Assembly (NCBI GenBank): GCA_964016885.1
Contig: OZ024755.1
Coordinates: 44,764,001 to 44,828,000, forward strand
Reading direction: 5' to 3'
Origin: Eledone cirrhosa
Taxonomy: Eukaryota
Length of the DNA stretch: 64,000 nucleotides
Shown: positions 28,001 to 43,600 of the stretch, one piece after another
Numbering within the stretch: position 1 is the first letter of the stretch
How the letters are laid out: each line of letters begins with the position of its first letter
Position numbers and translations under genes: made by a program
The notes under the pieces: generated by a model
What the model was told of the DNA's origin: nothing
The model's input: the letters and a program-made list of their open reading frames with translations, nothing else
Database searches by the model: none

Positions 28001-30200
28001 AGTTGAGAGTACCAACTTATACTGTGTACCACTGTTGACAGTACTAACGTATACTGTGTACCACAGTTAAGAGTACCAACATATACTGTGTACCACAGTT
28101 GACAGTACCAACGTATACTGTGTACCACTGTTGACAGTACCAACATATACAGTGTACCACAGTTGACAGTACCAACATATCCTGTGTACCACAGTTGACA
28201 GTACCAACTTATACTGTGTACCATAGTTGACAGTACCAACGTATACTGTGTACCGCAGTGTACAGTACCAACATATACTGTGTACCATATATGACAGTAC
28301 CAACGTATACTGTTTACCTCAGTTGACAGTACCGACATATACCGTGTACCACAGTTGACAGTACCAACATATACTGTGTACCAGAGTTGACAGTACCAAC
28401 ATATACTGTTTACCACTGTTGACAGTACCAACATATACTGTGTACCACAGTTGACAGTACCGACGTATACTGTGCACCACAGTTGAGAGTACCAACATAT
28501 ACCGTGTACCACAGTTGACATTACCAACATATACTGTGTACCATAGTTGACAGTATCAACATATGCTGTGTACCACAGTTGACAGTACCGACATATACTG
28601 TGTCCCACAGTTGACAGTACCAACATATACTGTGTACCACAGTTGACAGTACCAACGTATACTGTGTACCACAGTTGACAGTACCAACTTATAATGTGTA
28701 CCACAGTTGACAGCACTAATATATACTGTGTCCCAGAGTTGAGAGTACCAACATATACTGTGTACCACAGTTGACAGTACTAACATATACTGTGTACCAC
28801 AGTTGACAGTATCCACGTATGTGTACCACAGTTGACAGTATCAATGTATATCTGTACCACATATTGACAGTACCAACATATACTGTGTACCACAGTTGAC
28901 AGTACCAACGTATACTGTGTACCACAGTTGACAGTACCAACGTATACTCTGTACCACAGTTGACAGTACCAACATATACTGTGTACCACAGTTAACAGTA
29001 CCAACGTATACTGTGTACCACAGTTGACAGTACCAACGTATACTGTGTACCACAGTTGACAGTACCAACGTATATGTGTACAACATATTGACAGTACCAA
29101 CATATACTGTGTACCACAGTTGACAGTACCAACATATACTGTGTACCACAGTTGACAGTACCAACATATACTGTGTACCACAGTTGACAGTACGAACATA
29201 TACTGTGTACCACAATTGACAGTACTAACATATACTGTGTAACACAGTTGAGCGTACCAATATATACTGTGTACCTCAGTTGACAATATCAACATATACT
29301 GTGTACCACAGTTGACAGTACCAAAATAAACTTATATGTGTACAACATATTGACAGTACCAACATATACAGTGTACCAACATATACTGTGTACCACAGTT
29401 GAGAGTACCAACATATACTGTGTATCACAGTTGACAGTACCAACATATACCGTGTACCACAGTTGACAGTACCAAGGTATACTGTGTACCACAGTTGACA
29501 GTACCAACGTATACTGTGTACCACAGTGGACAGTACCAACGTATATGTGTACAACATATTGACAGTAGCAACATATACAGTTTACCAACATATACTGTGT
29601 ACCACAGTTGAGACTACCAGCACATACTGTGTATCACAGTTGACAGTACCAACATATACCGTGTACCACAGTTGAGAGTACCAACTTATACTGTGTATCA
29701 CAGTTGACAGTACCAACATATACTGTGTACCACTGTTGACAGTACCAACGTATACTGTGTACCACAGTTAACAGTACCAACGTATACTGTGTACCACAGT
29801 TGACAGTAGCAACATATACAGTGTACCACAGTTGACAATACCAACATATACTGTGTACCACAGTTGACAGTACCAACATATATTGTGTACCATAGTTGAC
29901 AGTACCAACGTATACTGTGTACCACAGTTGACAGTACCAACATATACTGTGTACCACAGTTGACAGTACCAACATATACTGTGTACCATAGTTGACAGTA
30001 CCAACGTATACTGTGTACCACAGTTGACAGTACCGAAATATACCGTCTACCACAGTTGACAGTACCAACATATACTGTGTACCACAGTCGACAGTACCAA
30101 CATATACCGTGTACCACAGTTGACAGTACCAACTTATACTGTGTACCACAGTTGACAGTACCAACATATAATGTGTACCACCGTTGACAGTACCAACATA
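10040..30200 (+). repeat. Tandem duplication of an about 10-kb higher-order unit (copy 1 about 10040-20506, copy 2 about 20507-30200)
   Basis: Matching ORF-track peptides occur at offsets 10467 (10181/20648), 10211 (11757/21968), 9923 (13296/23219), 9824 (17038/26862) and 9697 (19083/28780, 19937/29634). The rare insertion 'gtaccaaaataaacttatatg' is shared at about 19621 and 29318. Confidence 0.93.
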
Positions 30201-30826
30201 TACTGTGTACCACAGTCGACAGTACCAACATATACCGTGTACCACAGTTGACAGTACCAACTTATACTGTGTACCACAGTTGACAGTACCAACATATAAT
30301 GTGTACCATAGTTGACAGTACCAACGTATACTGTGTACCACAGTTAAGAGTACCAACATATACTGTGTACCACAGTTGACAGTACCAACGTATACTGTGT
30401 ACCACTGTTGACAGTACCAACATATACAGTGTACCACAGTTGACAGTACCAACATATCCTGTGTACCACAGTTGACAGTACCAACTTATACTGTGTACCA
30501 TAGTTGACAGTACCAACGTATACTGTGTACCGCAGTGTACAGTACCAACATATACTGTGTACCATATATGACAGTACCAACGTATACTGTTTACCTCAGT
30601 TGACAGTACCGACATATACCGTGTACCACAGTTGACAGTACCAACGTATACTGTGTACCACAGTTGAGAGTACCAACTTATACTGTGTACCACTGTTGAC
30701 AGTACTAACGTATACTGTGTACCACAGTTAAGAGTACCAACATATACTGTGTACCACAGTTGACAGTACCAACGTATACTGTGTACCACTGTTGACAGTA
30801 CCAACATATACAGTGTACCACAGTTG

Positions 30827-30843
30827 ACAGTATAAGTTGGTAC
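30827..30843 (-). other. Inverted 17-bp satellite subunit (ACAGTATAAGTTGGTAC), forming a 22-bp near-perfect palindrome at 30831-30852
   Basis: It is the exact reverse complement of GTACCAACTTATACTGT, the common 'aactt' variant of the 17-bp subunit. The net effect is a 10-nt insertion relative to the monomer. Confidence 0.9.
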
Positions 30844-31679
30844 CAACATATAATGTGTACCACCGTTGACAGTACCAACATATACTGTGTACCACAGTCG
30901 ACAGTACCAACATATACCGTGTACCACAGTTGACAGTACCAACTTATACTGTGTACCACAGTTGACAGTACCAACATATAATGTGTACTAATATATACTG
31001 TGTACCACAGTTGAGAGTACGAACATATACTGTGTACCACAGTTGACAGTATCCACGTATGTGTACCACAGTTGACAGTATCCACGTATGTGTACCACAG
31101 TTGACAGTATCAACGTATATCTGTACCACATATTGACAGTACCAACATATACTGTGTACCGCAGTTGACAGTACCAACGTATACTGTGTACCACAGTTGA
31201 CAGTACCAACATATACTGTGTACCACAGTTGACAGTACCAACGTATATTGTGTACCACTGTTGACAGTACCAACATATACAGTGTACCACAGTTGACAGT
31301 ACCAACATATACTGTGTACCAGAGTTGACAGTACCAACATATACTGTTTACCACTGTTGACAGTACCAACATATACTGTGTACCACAGTTGACAGTACCA
31401 ACGTACACTGTGTACCACAGTTGAGAGTACCAACATATACCGTGTACCACAGTTGACATTACCATAATATACTGTGTACCATATTTGACAGTACCAACGT
31501 ATACTGCGTACCACAGTTGACAGTACCAACATATACTGTGTACCACAGTTGACAGTACCAACATATACTGTGTACCATAGTTGACAGTGCCAACGTATAC
31601 TGTGTACCACAGTTGACAGTACCAGCATATACCGTGTACCACAGTTGAGAGTACCAACATATACTGTGTACCAGAGTTG

Positions 31680-34600
31680 ACAGTACCAACATATACTGTG
31701 TACCAATGTTGACAGTACCAACATATACTGTGTACCACGGTTGACAGTACCAACGTATACTGTGTACCAGAGTTAACAGTACCAACATATACTGTGTACC
31801 ACTGTTGACAGTACCAACATATACTGTGAACCACAATTGACAGTACCAACGTATACTGTGTACCACAGTTGACAGTACCAACATATACTGTGTACCACAG
31901 TTGACAGTACTAATATATAATGTGTACCACAGTTGACAGTACCAACGTATACTGTGTACCGCTGTTGACAGTACCAACATATACTGTGTACCATATATGA
32001 CAGTACCAACATATACTGTGTACCACAGTTGACAGTACTAACATATACTCTGTACCACAGTTGACAGTATCCACGTATATGTGTACCACAGTTGACAGTA
32101 TCAACGTATATGTGTACCACATATTGACAGTACCAACATATACTGTGTACCACAGTTGACAGTACCAACATATACTGTGTACCACAGTTGACAGTACCAA
32201 CATATACTGTGTACCACAGTTGACAGTACTAACATATACTGTGTACCACAGTTGACAGTACCAACTTATACTGTGTACCATAGTTGACAGTACCAACGTA
32301 TACTGTGTACCGCTGTTGACAGTACCAACATATACTGTGTACCATATATGACAGTACCAACGTATACTGTGTACCACAGTTGACAGTAGCAACTTATACT
32401 GTGTACCACGGTTGACAGTACCAACGTATATGTGTACCACAGTTGACAGTACCAACATATACTGTGTACCACAGTTGACAGTACCAACGTATACTGTGTA
32501 CCACAGTTGACAGTACCAACGTATAATGTGTACCACAGTGGACAGTACCAACGTATATCTGTACAACATATTGACAGTACCAACATATACTGTGTACCCC
32601 AGTTGACAGTACCAACATATACTGTGTACCACATTTGACAGTACCAACATATACTGTGTACCATAGTTGACAGTACCAACATATACTGTATACCACAGTT
32701 GACAGTACTAACATATACTGTGTACCACAGATGAGAGTACCAATATATACTGTGTACCTCAGTTGACAATATCAACATATACTGTGTACCACAGTTGACA
32801 GTACCAACATATACTGTGTACCACAGTTGAGAGTACCAACATATACCGTGTACTACAGTTGACAGTACCAACATATACTGTGTACCACAGTTGACGGTAA
32901 CAACATATACTGTGTACCACAGTTGACAGTACCAACATATACTGTGTACCACAGTTGACAGTACCAATATATACTGTGTACCAGAGTTGGCAGTACCAAC
33001 ATATACTGTGTACCACAGTTGACAGTACCAACATATACAGTGTACCACAGTTGACAGAACCAACAATTACTGTGTACCACAGTTGACAGTACCTATATAT
33101 ACTGTGTGCCACTGTTCACAGTACCAACATATACGGTGTAACACAGTTGACAATACCAACGTATACTGTGTACCACAGTTGACAGTACCAACATATACTG
33201 TGTACCACAGTTGACAGTACCAACGTATAACGTGTACCGCAGTTGAAAGTACCAACGTATACTGTGTACCATAGTTGACATTACCAACATATAATGTGTA
33301 CCACAGTTGACAGTACCAACATATACTGTGTACCACAGTTGACAGTACTAACATATATTATGTACCAGAGTTGACAGTACTGACATATACTGTGTACCAT
33401 AGTTGACAGTACCAACATATATTGTGTACCACAGTTGACAGTACCAACATATACTGTGTACCACAGTTGACAGTACTCACATATACTGGGTACCACAGTT
33501 GACAGTACCAACATAAACTGTGTACCACAGTTGACAGTACCAACATATACTGTGTACCACAGTTGAAAGTACCAACGTATACTGTGTACCACAGTTGACA
33601 GTACCAACAAATACTGTGTACCACAGTTGACAGTACCAACATATACTGTGTACCACATTTGACAGTACCAACATTTACTGTGTACCACAGTTGAGAGTAC
33701 CAACATATAGTGTGTACCATAGTTGTCAGTACTAACATATACTGTGTACCACAGTTGACAGTACCAACATATACTGTGTACCATAGTTGACAGTACCAAC
33801 AGATACTGTGTAGCTCAGTTGACAGTATCAACATATACTGTGTACCACAGTTGACAGTACCAGCATATACTGTGTACCACACTTGAGAGTACCAACATAT
33901 ACTGTATATCACAGTTGACAGTAGCAACATATACCGTGTACCACAGTTGAGAGTACCAACATATACTGTGTACCACAATTGACAGTACCAACATATACTG
34001 TGTACCACTGTTGACAGTACCAACATATACTGTGTACCACAATTGACAGTACCAACGTATACTGTGTACCACAGTTGACAGTACCAACGTATACTGTGTA
34101 CCACAGTTGACAGTTCCAACATATACTGTGTACCACAGTTGACAGTACCAACGTATACTGTGTACCACAGTTGACAGTAACAACGTATACTGTGTACCAC
34201 AGTGGACAGTACCAACGTATATGTGTACAATATATTGACAGTAGCAACATATACTGTGTACCACAGTTGACAGTACCAACATATACTGTGTACCACAGTT
34301 GACAGTACCATCATATACTGTGTACCACAGTTGACAGTACCAACATTTACTCTATACCACAGTTGACAGTACTAACATATACTGTGTACCTCAGTTGACA
34401 GTACCAACATATACTGTGTACCTCAGTTGACAATATCAACATATACTGTGTACCACAGTTGACAGTACCAACATATACTGTGTACCAGAGTTGAGAGTGC
34501 CAACATATACTGTGTATCACAGTTGACAGTACCAACATATACCGTGTATCACGGTTGATTGTACCAACATATACTGTGTACCACAGTTGACAGTATCAAC

Positions 34601-37600
34601 ATATACTGTTACCATAGTTGACAGTACCAACGTATACTGTGTACCACAGTTGACAATACCAACATATACTGTGTACCACAGTTGACAGTACCAACATATA
34701 CTATGTACAATAGTTGACAGTACCAACGTATACTGTGTACCACAGTTGACAGTACCAACATATACAGTGTACCACAGTTGACAGTACCAATACATGCTGT
34801 GTACCACAGTTGACAGTACCAACATTTACTGTGTACCACAGTTGACAGAACCAACATATAACGTGTACCACATTTGATAGTACCAACGTATATTGTGTAC
34901 CACAGTTGACAGTACCAACATATACTGTGTACCACCGTTGACAGTACCAACATATACTGTGTATCACAGTTGACAGTACCAACATATACCGTGTTACAAC
35001 AGTTGAGAGTACCAATATATACTGTGTACCACAGTTGACAGTACCAACATATACTGTCTACCACTGTTGACAGTATCAACGTATACTGTGTACCACATTT
35101 AACAGTACCAACATATACTGTGTACCACAGTTATCAGTACCAACGTATACTGTGTACCACTGTTGACAGTACCAACATATACTGTGTACCACACTTGACA
35201 GTACCAACGTATACTGTGTACCACAGTTGACAGTACCAACATATACAGTGTACCACATTTGACAGTACTAATATATAATGTGTACCACAGTTGACAGTAC
35301 AAACATATACTGTGTACCACAGTTGACAGTATCCACGTATATGTGTACCACATATTGACAGTACCAACATATACTGTGTACCAGAGTTGAGAGTACCAAC
35401 GTATACTGTGTACCACAGTTGACAGTACCAACGTATACTGCGTACCACAGTTGACAGTACCAACATATACTGTGTACCACAGTTGACAGTACCAACGTAT
35501 ACTGTGTACCAAAGTTGACAGTATCAACGTATATGTGTACCACATATTGACAGTACCAACATATACTAGGCACCACCGTTGACAGTACCAACGTATACTG
35601 TGTACCACAGTTGACAGTAACAACGTATAATGTGTACCACAGTTGACAGTACCAACGTATACTGTGTACCACAGTTGACAGTACCAACATATACAGTGCA
35701 CCACAGTTGACAGTACCAACATATACTGTGTACCACAGTTGACAGTACCAACATATACTGTGTACCATAGTTGACAGTACCAACGTATACTGTGTACCAC
35801 ATTTGACAGTACCAACATATACCGTGTACCACAGTTGATAGTACCAATACATACTGTGTACCATAGTTGACAGTACCAACATATACTGTGTACCATAGTT
35901 GACAGTACCAACGTATACTCTGTACCACACTTGACAGTACCAACGTATACTGTGTACCACAGTTGACAGTACCAACATATACAGTGTACCACATTTGACA
36001 GTACTAATATATAATGTGTACCACAGTTGACAGTACAAACATATACTGTGTACCACAGTTGACAGTATCCACGTATATGTGTACCACATATTGACAGTAC
36101 CAACATATACTGTGTACCAGAGTTGAGAGTACCAACGTATACTGTGTACCACAGTTGACAGTACCAACGTATACTGTGTACCACAGTTGACAGTACCAAC
36201 ATATACTGTGTACCACAGTTGACAGTACCAACGTATACTGTGTACCAAAGTTGACAGTATCAACGTATATGTGTACCACATATTGACAGTACCAACATAT
36301 ACTGTGTACCACAGTTGACAGTACCAACATATACTGTGTACCACAGTTGACAGTACCAACGTATACTGTGTACCAAAGTTGACAGTATCAACGTATATGT
36401 GTACCACATATTGACAGTACCAACATATACTAGGCACCACCGTTGACAGTACCAACGTATACTGTGTACCACAGTTGACAGTACCAACGTATAATCTGTA
36501 CCACATTTGAGAGTACCAACATATACCGTGTACCACAGTTGACAGTACCAATATATACTGTGTACCACAGTTGACAGTACCAACATATACTCTGTACCAC
36601 AGTTGACAGTACTAACATATACTGTGTACCAGAGTTGACAGTACCAACATATACTGTGTACCAGAGTTGACAGTACTTGCATATACAGTGTACCACAGTT
36701 GACAGTACCAACATATACTGTGTACCACAGTTGACAGTACCAACATATACTGGGTACCACAGTTGACAATACCATCATATACTGTGTACCACAGTTGACA
36801 CTACCAACATAAACTGTGTACCAGAGTTGACAGTTCCAACATATACTGTGTACCACAGTTGAAAGTACCAACGTATACTGTGTACCACAGTTGACAGTAC
36901 CAACTTATACTGTTTACCACAGTTGACAGTACCAACATATACTGTGTACCAAAGTTGACAGTACCAACGTATACTGTGTACCACATTTGATAGTACCAAC
37001 ATATACTGTGTACCACAGTTGACAGTACCAACATATAGTGTGTACCACAGTTGGCAGTACCAACATATACTGTGTACCACATTTGATAGTACCAACATAT
37101 ACTGTGTACCACAGTTGACAGTACCAACATATAGTGTGTACCACAGTTGGCAGTACCAACATATACTGTGTACCACAGTTGACAGTACCAACACATACTA
37201 TGTACCACAGTTGACAGTACCAACATATATTGTGTACCACGGTTGACAGTACCAACATATAATGGGTGCCACTGTTCACAGTACCAACATATACTGTGTA
37301 CCACAGTTGACAATACCAACGTATACTGTGTACCACAGTTGACAGTACCAACATATACTGTGTACCACGGTTGACAGTACCAACGTATACTGTGTAACAA
37401 AGTTGACAATACCATCATATAGGGTGTACCACAGTTGACAGTACCAACATATACTGTGTACCACAGTTGACAGTACCATCATATACTGTGTACCATAGTT
37501 GACAGTACCAACGTATACGGTGTACCACAGTTGACAGTACCAACATATATTGGATACCACAGTTGACAGTACCAACATATACTGTGTACCACTGTTGACA

Positions 37601-40600
37601 GTACCAACGTATACTGTATACCACAGTTAACAGTACCAACATATACTGTGTACCACAATTGACAGTACCAACGTATACTGTGTACCACTGTTGACAGTAC
37701 CAACATATACAGTATAACACAGTTGACAGTACCAACATATATAGTGTACCACATTTGACAGTACCAACATATACTGTGTACCATAGTTGACAGTACCAAC
37801 GTATACGGTGTACCACAGTTGACAGTACTAACATATACTGTGTACCACAGTTGACAGTATCCACGTATGTGTACCACAGTTGACAGTATCAACGTATATC
37901 TGTACCACATATTGACAGTACCAACATATACTGTGTACCACAGTTGACAGTACCAACGTATACTGTGTACCACAGTTGACAGTACCAACGTATACTGTGT
38001 ACCACAGTTGACATTACCAAGGTATACTGTGTACCACAGTGGACAGTACCAACGTATATGTGTATAACATATTGACAGTACCAACATATACTGTGTACCA
38101 CAGTTGACAGTACCAACATATACTGTGTACCACAGTTGAGAGTACCAACATATACTGTGTACCACAGTTGACAGTACCAACGTATACTGTGTACCACAGT
38201 TGACAGTACCAACATATACTGTGTACCACAGTTGACAGTACCAACATATACTGTGTAACACAGTTGGCAGTACCAACATATACTGTGTACCACAGTTGAG
38301 AGTACCAACATATACTGTGTACCACAGTTGACAGTACCAACATATATTGTGTACCACAGTTGACAGTACCAACATATACTAGGTGCCACTGTTCACAGTA
38401 CCAACATATACTGTGTACCACAGTTGACAATACCAACGTATTCTGCGTACCACAGTTGACAGTACCAACATATACTGTGTACCACAGTTGACAGTACCAA
38501 CGTATACTGTGTAACACAGTTGACAATACCATCATATAGGGTGTTCCACAGTTGACAGTACCAACATATACTGTGTACCACATTTGACAGTACCATCGTA
38601 TACTGACTACCACAGTTGACAGTACCAACGTATACTGTGTACCAAAGATCACAGTATCAACGTATATGTGTACCACATATTGACAGTACCAACATATACT
38701 GTGTACCACAATTGACAGTACCAACGTATACTGTGTACCACATTTGACAGTACCAAAGTATACTGTGTTTCACAGTTGACAGTACCAACATATACTGTGT
38801 ACCTCAGTTGACAGTACCAACATATACTGTGTACCTCAGTTGACAGTACCAACATATACTGTGTACCACAGTTGACAGTACCAACATATACTGTGTACCA
38901 ATGTTGACAGTACCAACATATACTGTGTACCACGGTTGACAGTACCAACGTATACTGTGTACCAGAGTTAACAGTACCAACATATACTGTGTACCACTGT
39001 TGACAGTACCAACATATACTGTGAACCACAATTGACAGTACCAACGTATACTGTGTACCACAGTTGACAGTACCAACATATACTGTGTACCACAGTTGAC
39101 AGTACTAATATATAATGTGTACCACAGTTGACAGTACCAACGTATACTGTGTACCGCTGTTGACAGTACCAACATATACTGTGTACCATATATGACAGTA
39201 CCAACATATACTGTGTACCACAGTTGACAGTACTAACATATACTCTGTACCACAGTTGACAGTATCCACGTATATGTGTACCACAGTTGACAGTATCAAC
39301 GTATATGTGTACCACATATTGACAGTACCAACATATACTGTGTACCACAGTTGAGAGTACCAACATATACTGTGTACCACAGTTGACAGTACCAACATAT
39401 ACTGTGTACCACAGTTGACAGTACTAACATATACTGTGTACCACAGTTGACAGTACCAACTTATACTGTGTACCATAGTTGAGAGTACCAACGTATACTG
39501 TGTACCGCTGTTGACAGTACCAACATATACTGTGTACCATATATGACAGTACCAACGTATACTGTGTACCACAGTTGACAGTAGCAACTTATACTGTGTA
39601 CCACGGTTGACAGTACCAACGTATATGTGTACCACAGTTGACAGTACCAACATATACTGTGTACCACAGTTGACAGTACCAACGTATACTGTGTACCACA
39701 GTTGACAGTACCAACGTATAATGTGTACCACAGTGGACAGTACCAACGTATATCTGTACAACATATTGACAGTACCAACATATACTGTGTACCCCAGTTG
39801 ACAGTACCAACATATACTGTGTACCACATTTGACAGTACCAACATATACTGTGTACCATAGTTGACAGTACCAACATATACTGTATACCACAGTTGACAG
39901 TACTAACATATACTGTGTACCACAGTTGAGAGTACCAATATATACTGTGTACCTCAGTTGACAATATCAACATATACTGTGTACCACAGTTGACAGTACC
40001 AACATATACTGTGTACCACAGTTGAGAGTACCAACATATACCGTGTACTACAGTTGACAGTACCAACATATACTGTGTACCACAGTTGACGGTAACAACA
40101 TATACTGTGTACCACAGTTGACAGTACCAACATATACTGTGTACCACAGTTGACAGTACCAATATATACTGTGTACCAGAGTTGGCAGTACCAACATATA
40201 CTGTGTACCACAGTTGACAGTACCAACATATACAGTGTACCACAGTTGACAGAACCAACAATTACTGTGTACCACAGTTGACAGTACCTACATATACTGT
40301 GTGCCACTGTTCACAGTACCAACATATACGGTGTACCACAGTTGACAATACCAACGTATACTGTGTACCACAGTTGACAGTACCAACATATACTGTGTAC
40401 CACAGTTGACAGTACCAACGTATAACGTGTACCGCAGTTGAAAGTACCAACGTATAATGTGTACCATAGTTGACATTACCAACATATAATGTGTACCACA
40501 GTTGACAGTACCAACATATACTGTGTACCACAGTTGACAATACTAACATATATTGTGTACCACAGTTGACAGTACCAACATATACTGTGTACCACAGTTG

Positions 40601-43600
40601 ACAGTACCAACATATATTGTGTACCACAGTTGACAGTACCAACATAAACTGTGTACCACAGTTGACAGTACCAACAAATACTGTGTACCACAGTTGACAG
40701 TACCAACATATACTGTGTACCACATTTGACAGTACCAACATTTACTGTGTACCACAGTTGACAGTACCAACATATAGTGTGTACCATAGTTGTCAGTACT
40801 AACATATACTGTGTACCACAGTTGACAGTACCAACAAATACTGTGTACCATAGTTGACAGTACCAACAGATACTGTGTAGCTCAGTTGACAGTATCAACA
40901 TATACTGTGTACCACAGTTGACAGTACCAGCATATACTGTGTACCACACTTGAGAGTACCAACATATACTGTATATCACAGTTGACAGTAGCAACATATA
41001 CCGTGTACCACAGTTGAGAGTACCAACATATACTGTGTACCACAATTGACAGTACCAACATATACTGTGTACCACTGTTGACAGTACCAACATATACTGT
41101 GTACCACAATTGACAGTACCAACGTATACTGTGTACCACAGTTGACAGTACCAACGTATACTGTGTACCACAGTTGACAGTTCCAACATATACTGTGTAC
41201 CACAGTTGACAGTACCAACGTATACTGTGTACCACAGTTGACAGTAACAACGTATACTGTGTACCACAGTGGACAGTACCAACGTATATGTGTACAATAT
41301 ATTGACAGTACCAACATATACTGTGTACCACAGTTGACAGTACCAACATATACTGTGTACCACAGTTGACAGTACCATCATATACTGTGTACCACAGTTG
41401 ACAGTACCAACATTTACTCTATACCACAGTTGACAGTACTAACATATACTGTGTACCTCAGTTGACAGTACCAACATATACTGTGTACCTCAGTTGACAA
41501 TATCAACATATACTGTGTACCACAGTTGACAGTACCAACATATACTGTGTACCAGAGTTGAGAGTGCCAACATATACTGTGTATCACAGTTGACAGCACC
41601 AACATATACCGTGTATCACGGTTGATTGTACCAACATATACTGTGTACCACAGTTGACAGTATCAACATATACTGTTACCATAGTTGACAGTACCAACGT
41701 ATACTGTGTACCACAGTTGACAATACCAACATATACTGTGTACCACAGTTGACAGTACCAACATATACTATGTACAATAGTTGACAGTACCAACGTATAC
41801 TGTGTACCACAGTTGACAGTACCAACATATACCGTGTACCACAGTTGACAGTACCAATACATGCTGTGTACCACAGTTGACAGTACCAACATTTACTGTG
41901 TACCACAGTTGACAGAACCAACATATAACGTGTACCACATTTGATAGTACCAACGTATATTGTGTACCACAGTTGACAGTACCAACATATACTGTGTACC
42001 ACCGTTGACAGTACCAACATATACTGTGTATCACAGTTGACAGTACCAACATATACCGTGTTACAACAGTTGAGAGTACCAACATATACTGTGTACCACA
42101 GTTGACAGTACCAACATATACTGTCTACCACTGTTGACAGTATCAACGTATACTGTGTACCACATTTAACAGTACCAACATATACTGTGTACCACAGTTA
42201 TCAGTACCAACGTATACTGTGTACCACTGTTGACAGTACCAACATATACTGTGTACCACACTTGACAGTACCAACGTATACTGTGTACCACAGTTGACAG
42301 TACCAACATATACAGTGTACCACATTTGACAGTACTAATATATAATGTGTACCACAGTTGACAGTACAAACATATACTGTGTACCACAGTTGACAGTATC
42401 CACGTATATGTGTACCACATATTGACAGTACCAACATATACTGTGTACCAGAGTTGAGAGTACCAACGTATACTGTGTACCACAGTTGACAGTACCAACG
42501 TATACTGTGTACCACAGTTGACAGTACCAACATATACTGTGTACCACAGTTGACAGTACCAACGTATACTGTGTACCAAAGTTGACAGTATCAACGTATA
42601 TGTGTACCACATATTGACAGTACCAACATATACTAGGCACCACCGTTGACAGTACCAACGTATACTGTGTACCACAGTTGACAGTAACAACGTATAATGT
42701 GTACCACAGTTGACAGTACCAACGTATACTGTGTACCACAGTTGACAGTACCAACATATACAGTGCACCACAGTTGACAGTACCAACATATACTGTGTAC
42801 CACAGTTGACAGTACCAACATATACTGTGTACCATAGTTGACAGTACCAACGTATACTGTGTACCACATTTGACAGTACCAACATATACCGTGTACCACA
42901 GTTGATAGTACCAATACATACTGTGTACCATAGTTGACAGTACCAACATATACTGTGTACCATAGTTGACAGTACCAACGTATACTCTGTACCACACTTG
43001 ACAGTACCAACGTATACTGTGTACCACAGTTGACAGTACCAACATATACAGTGTACCACATTTGACAGTACTAATATATAATGTGTACCACAGTTGACAG
43101 TACAAACATATACTGTGTACCACAGTTGACAGTATCCACGTATATGTGTACCACATATTGACAGTACCAACATATACTGTGTACCAGAGTTGAGAGTACC
43201 AACGTATACTGTGTACCACAGTTGACAGTACCAACGTATACTGTGTACCACAGTTGACAGTACCAACATATACTGTGTACCACAGTTGACAGTACCAACG
43301 TATACTGTGTACCAAAGTTGACAGTATCAACGTATATGTGTACCACATATTGACAGTACCAACATATACTGTGTACCACAGTTGACAGTACCAACATATA
43401 CTGTGTACCACAGTTGACAGTACCAACGTATACTGTGTACCAAAGTTGACAGTATCAACGTATATGTGTACCACATATTGACAGTACCAACATATACTAG
43501 GCACCACCGTTGACAGTACCAACGTATACTGTGTACCACAGTTGACAGTACCAACGTATACTCTGTACCACATTTGAGAGTACCAACATATACCGTGTAC

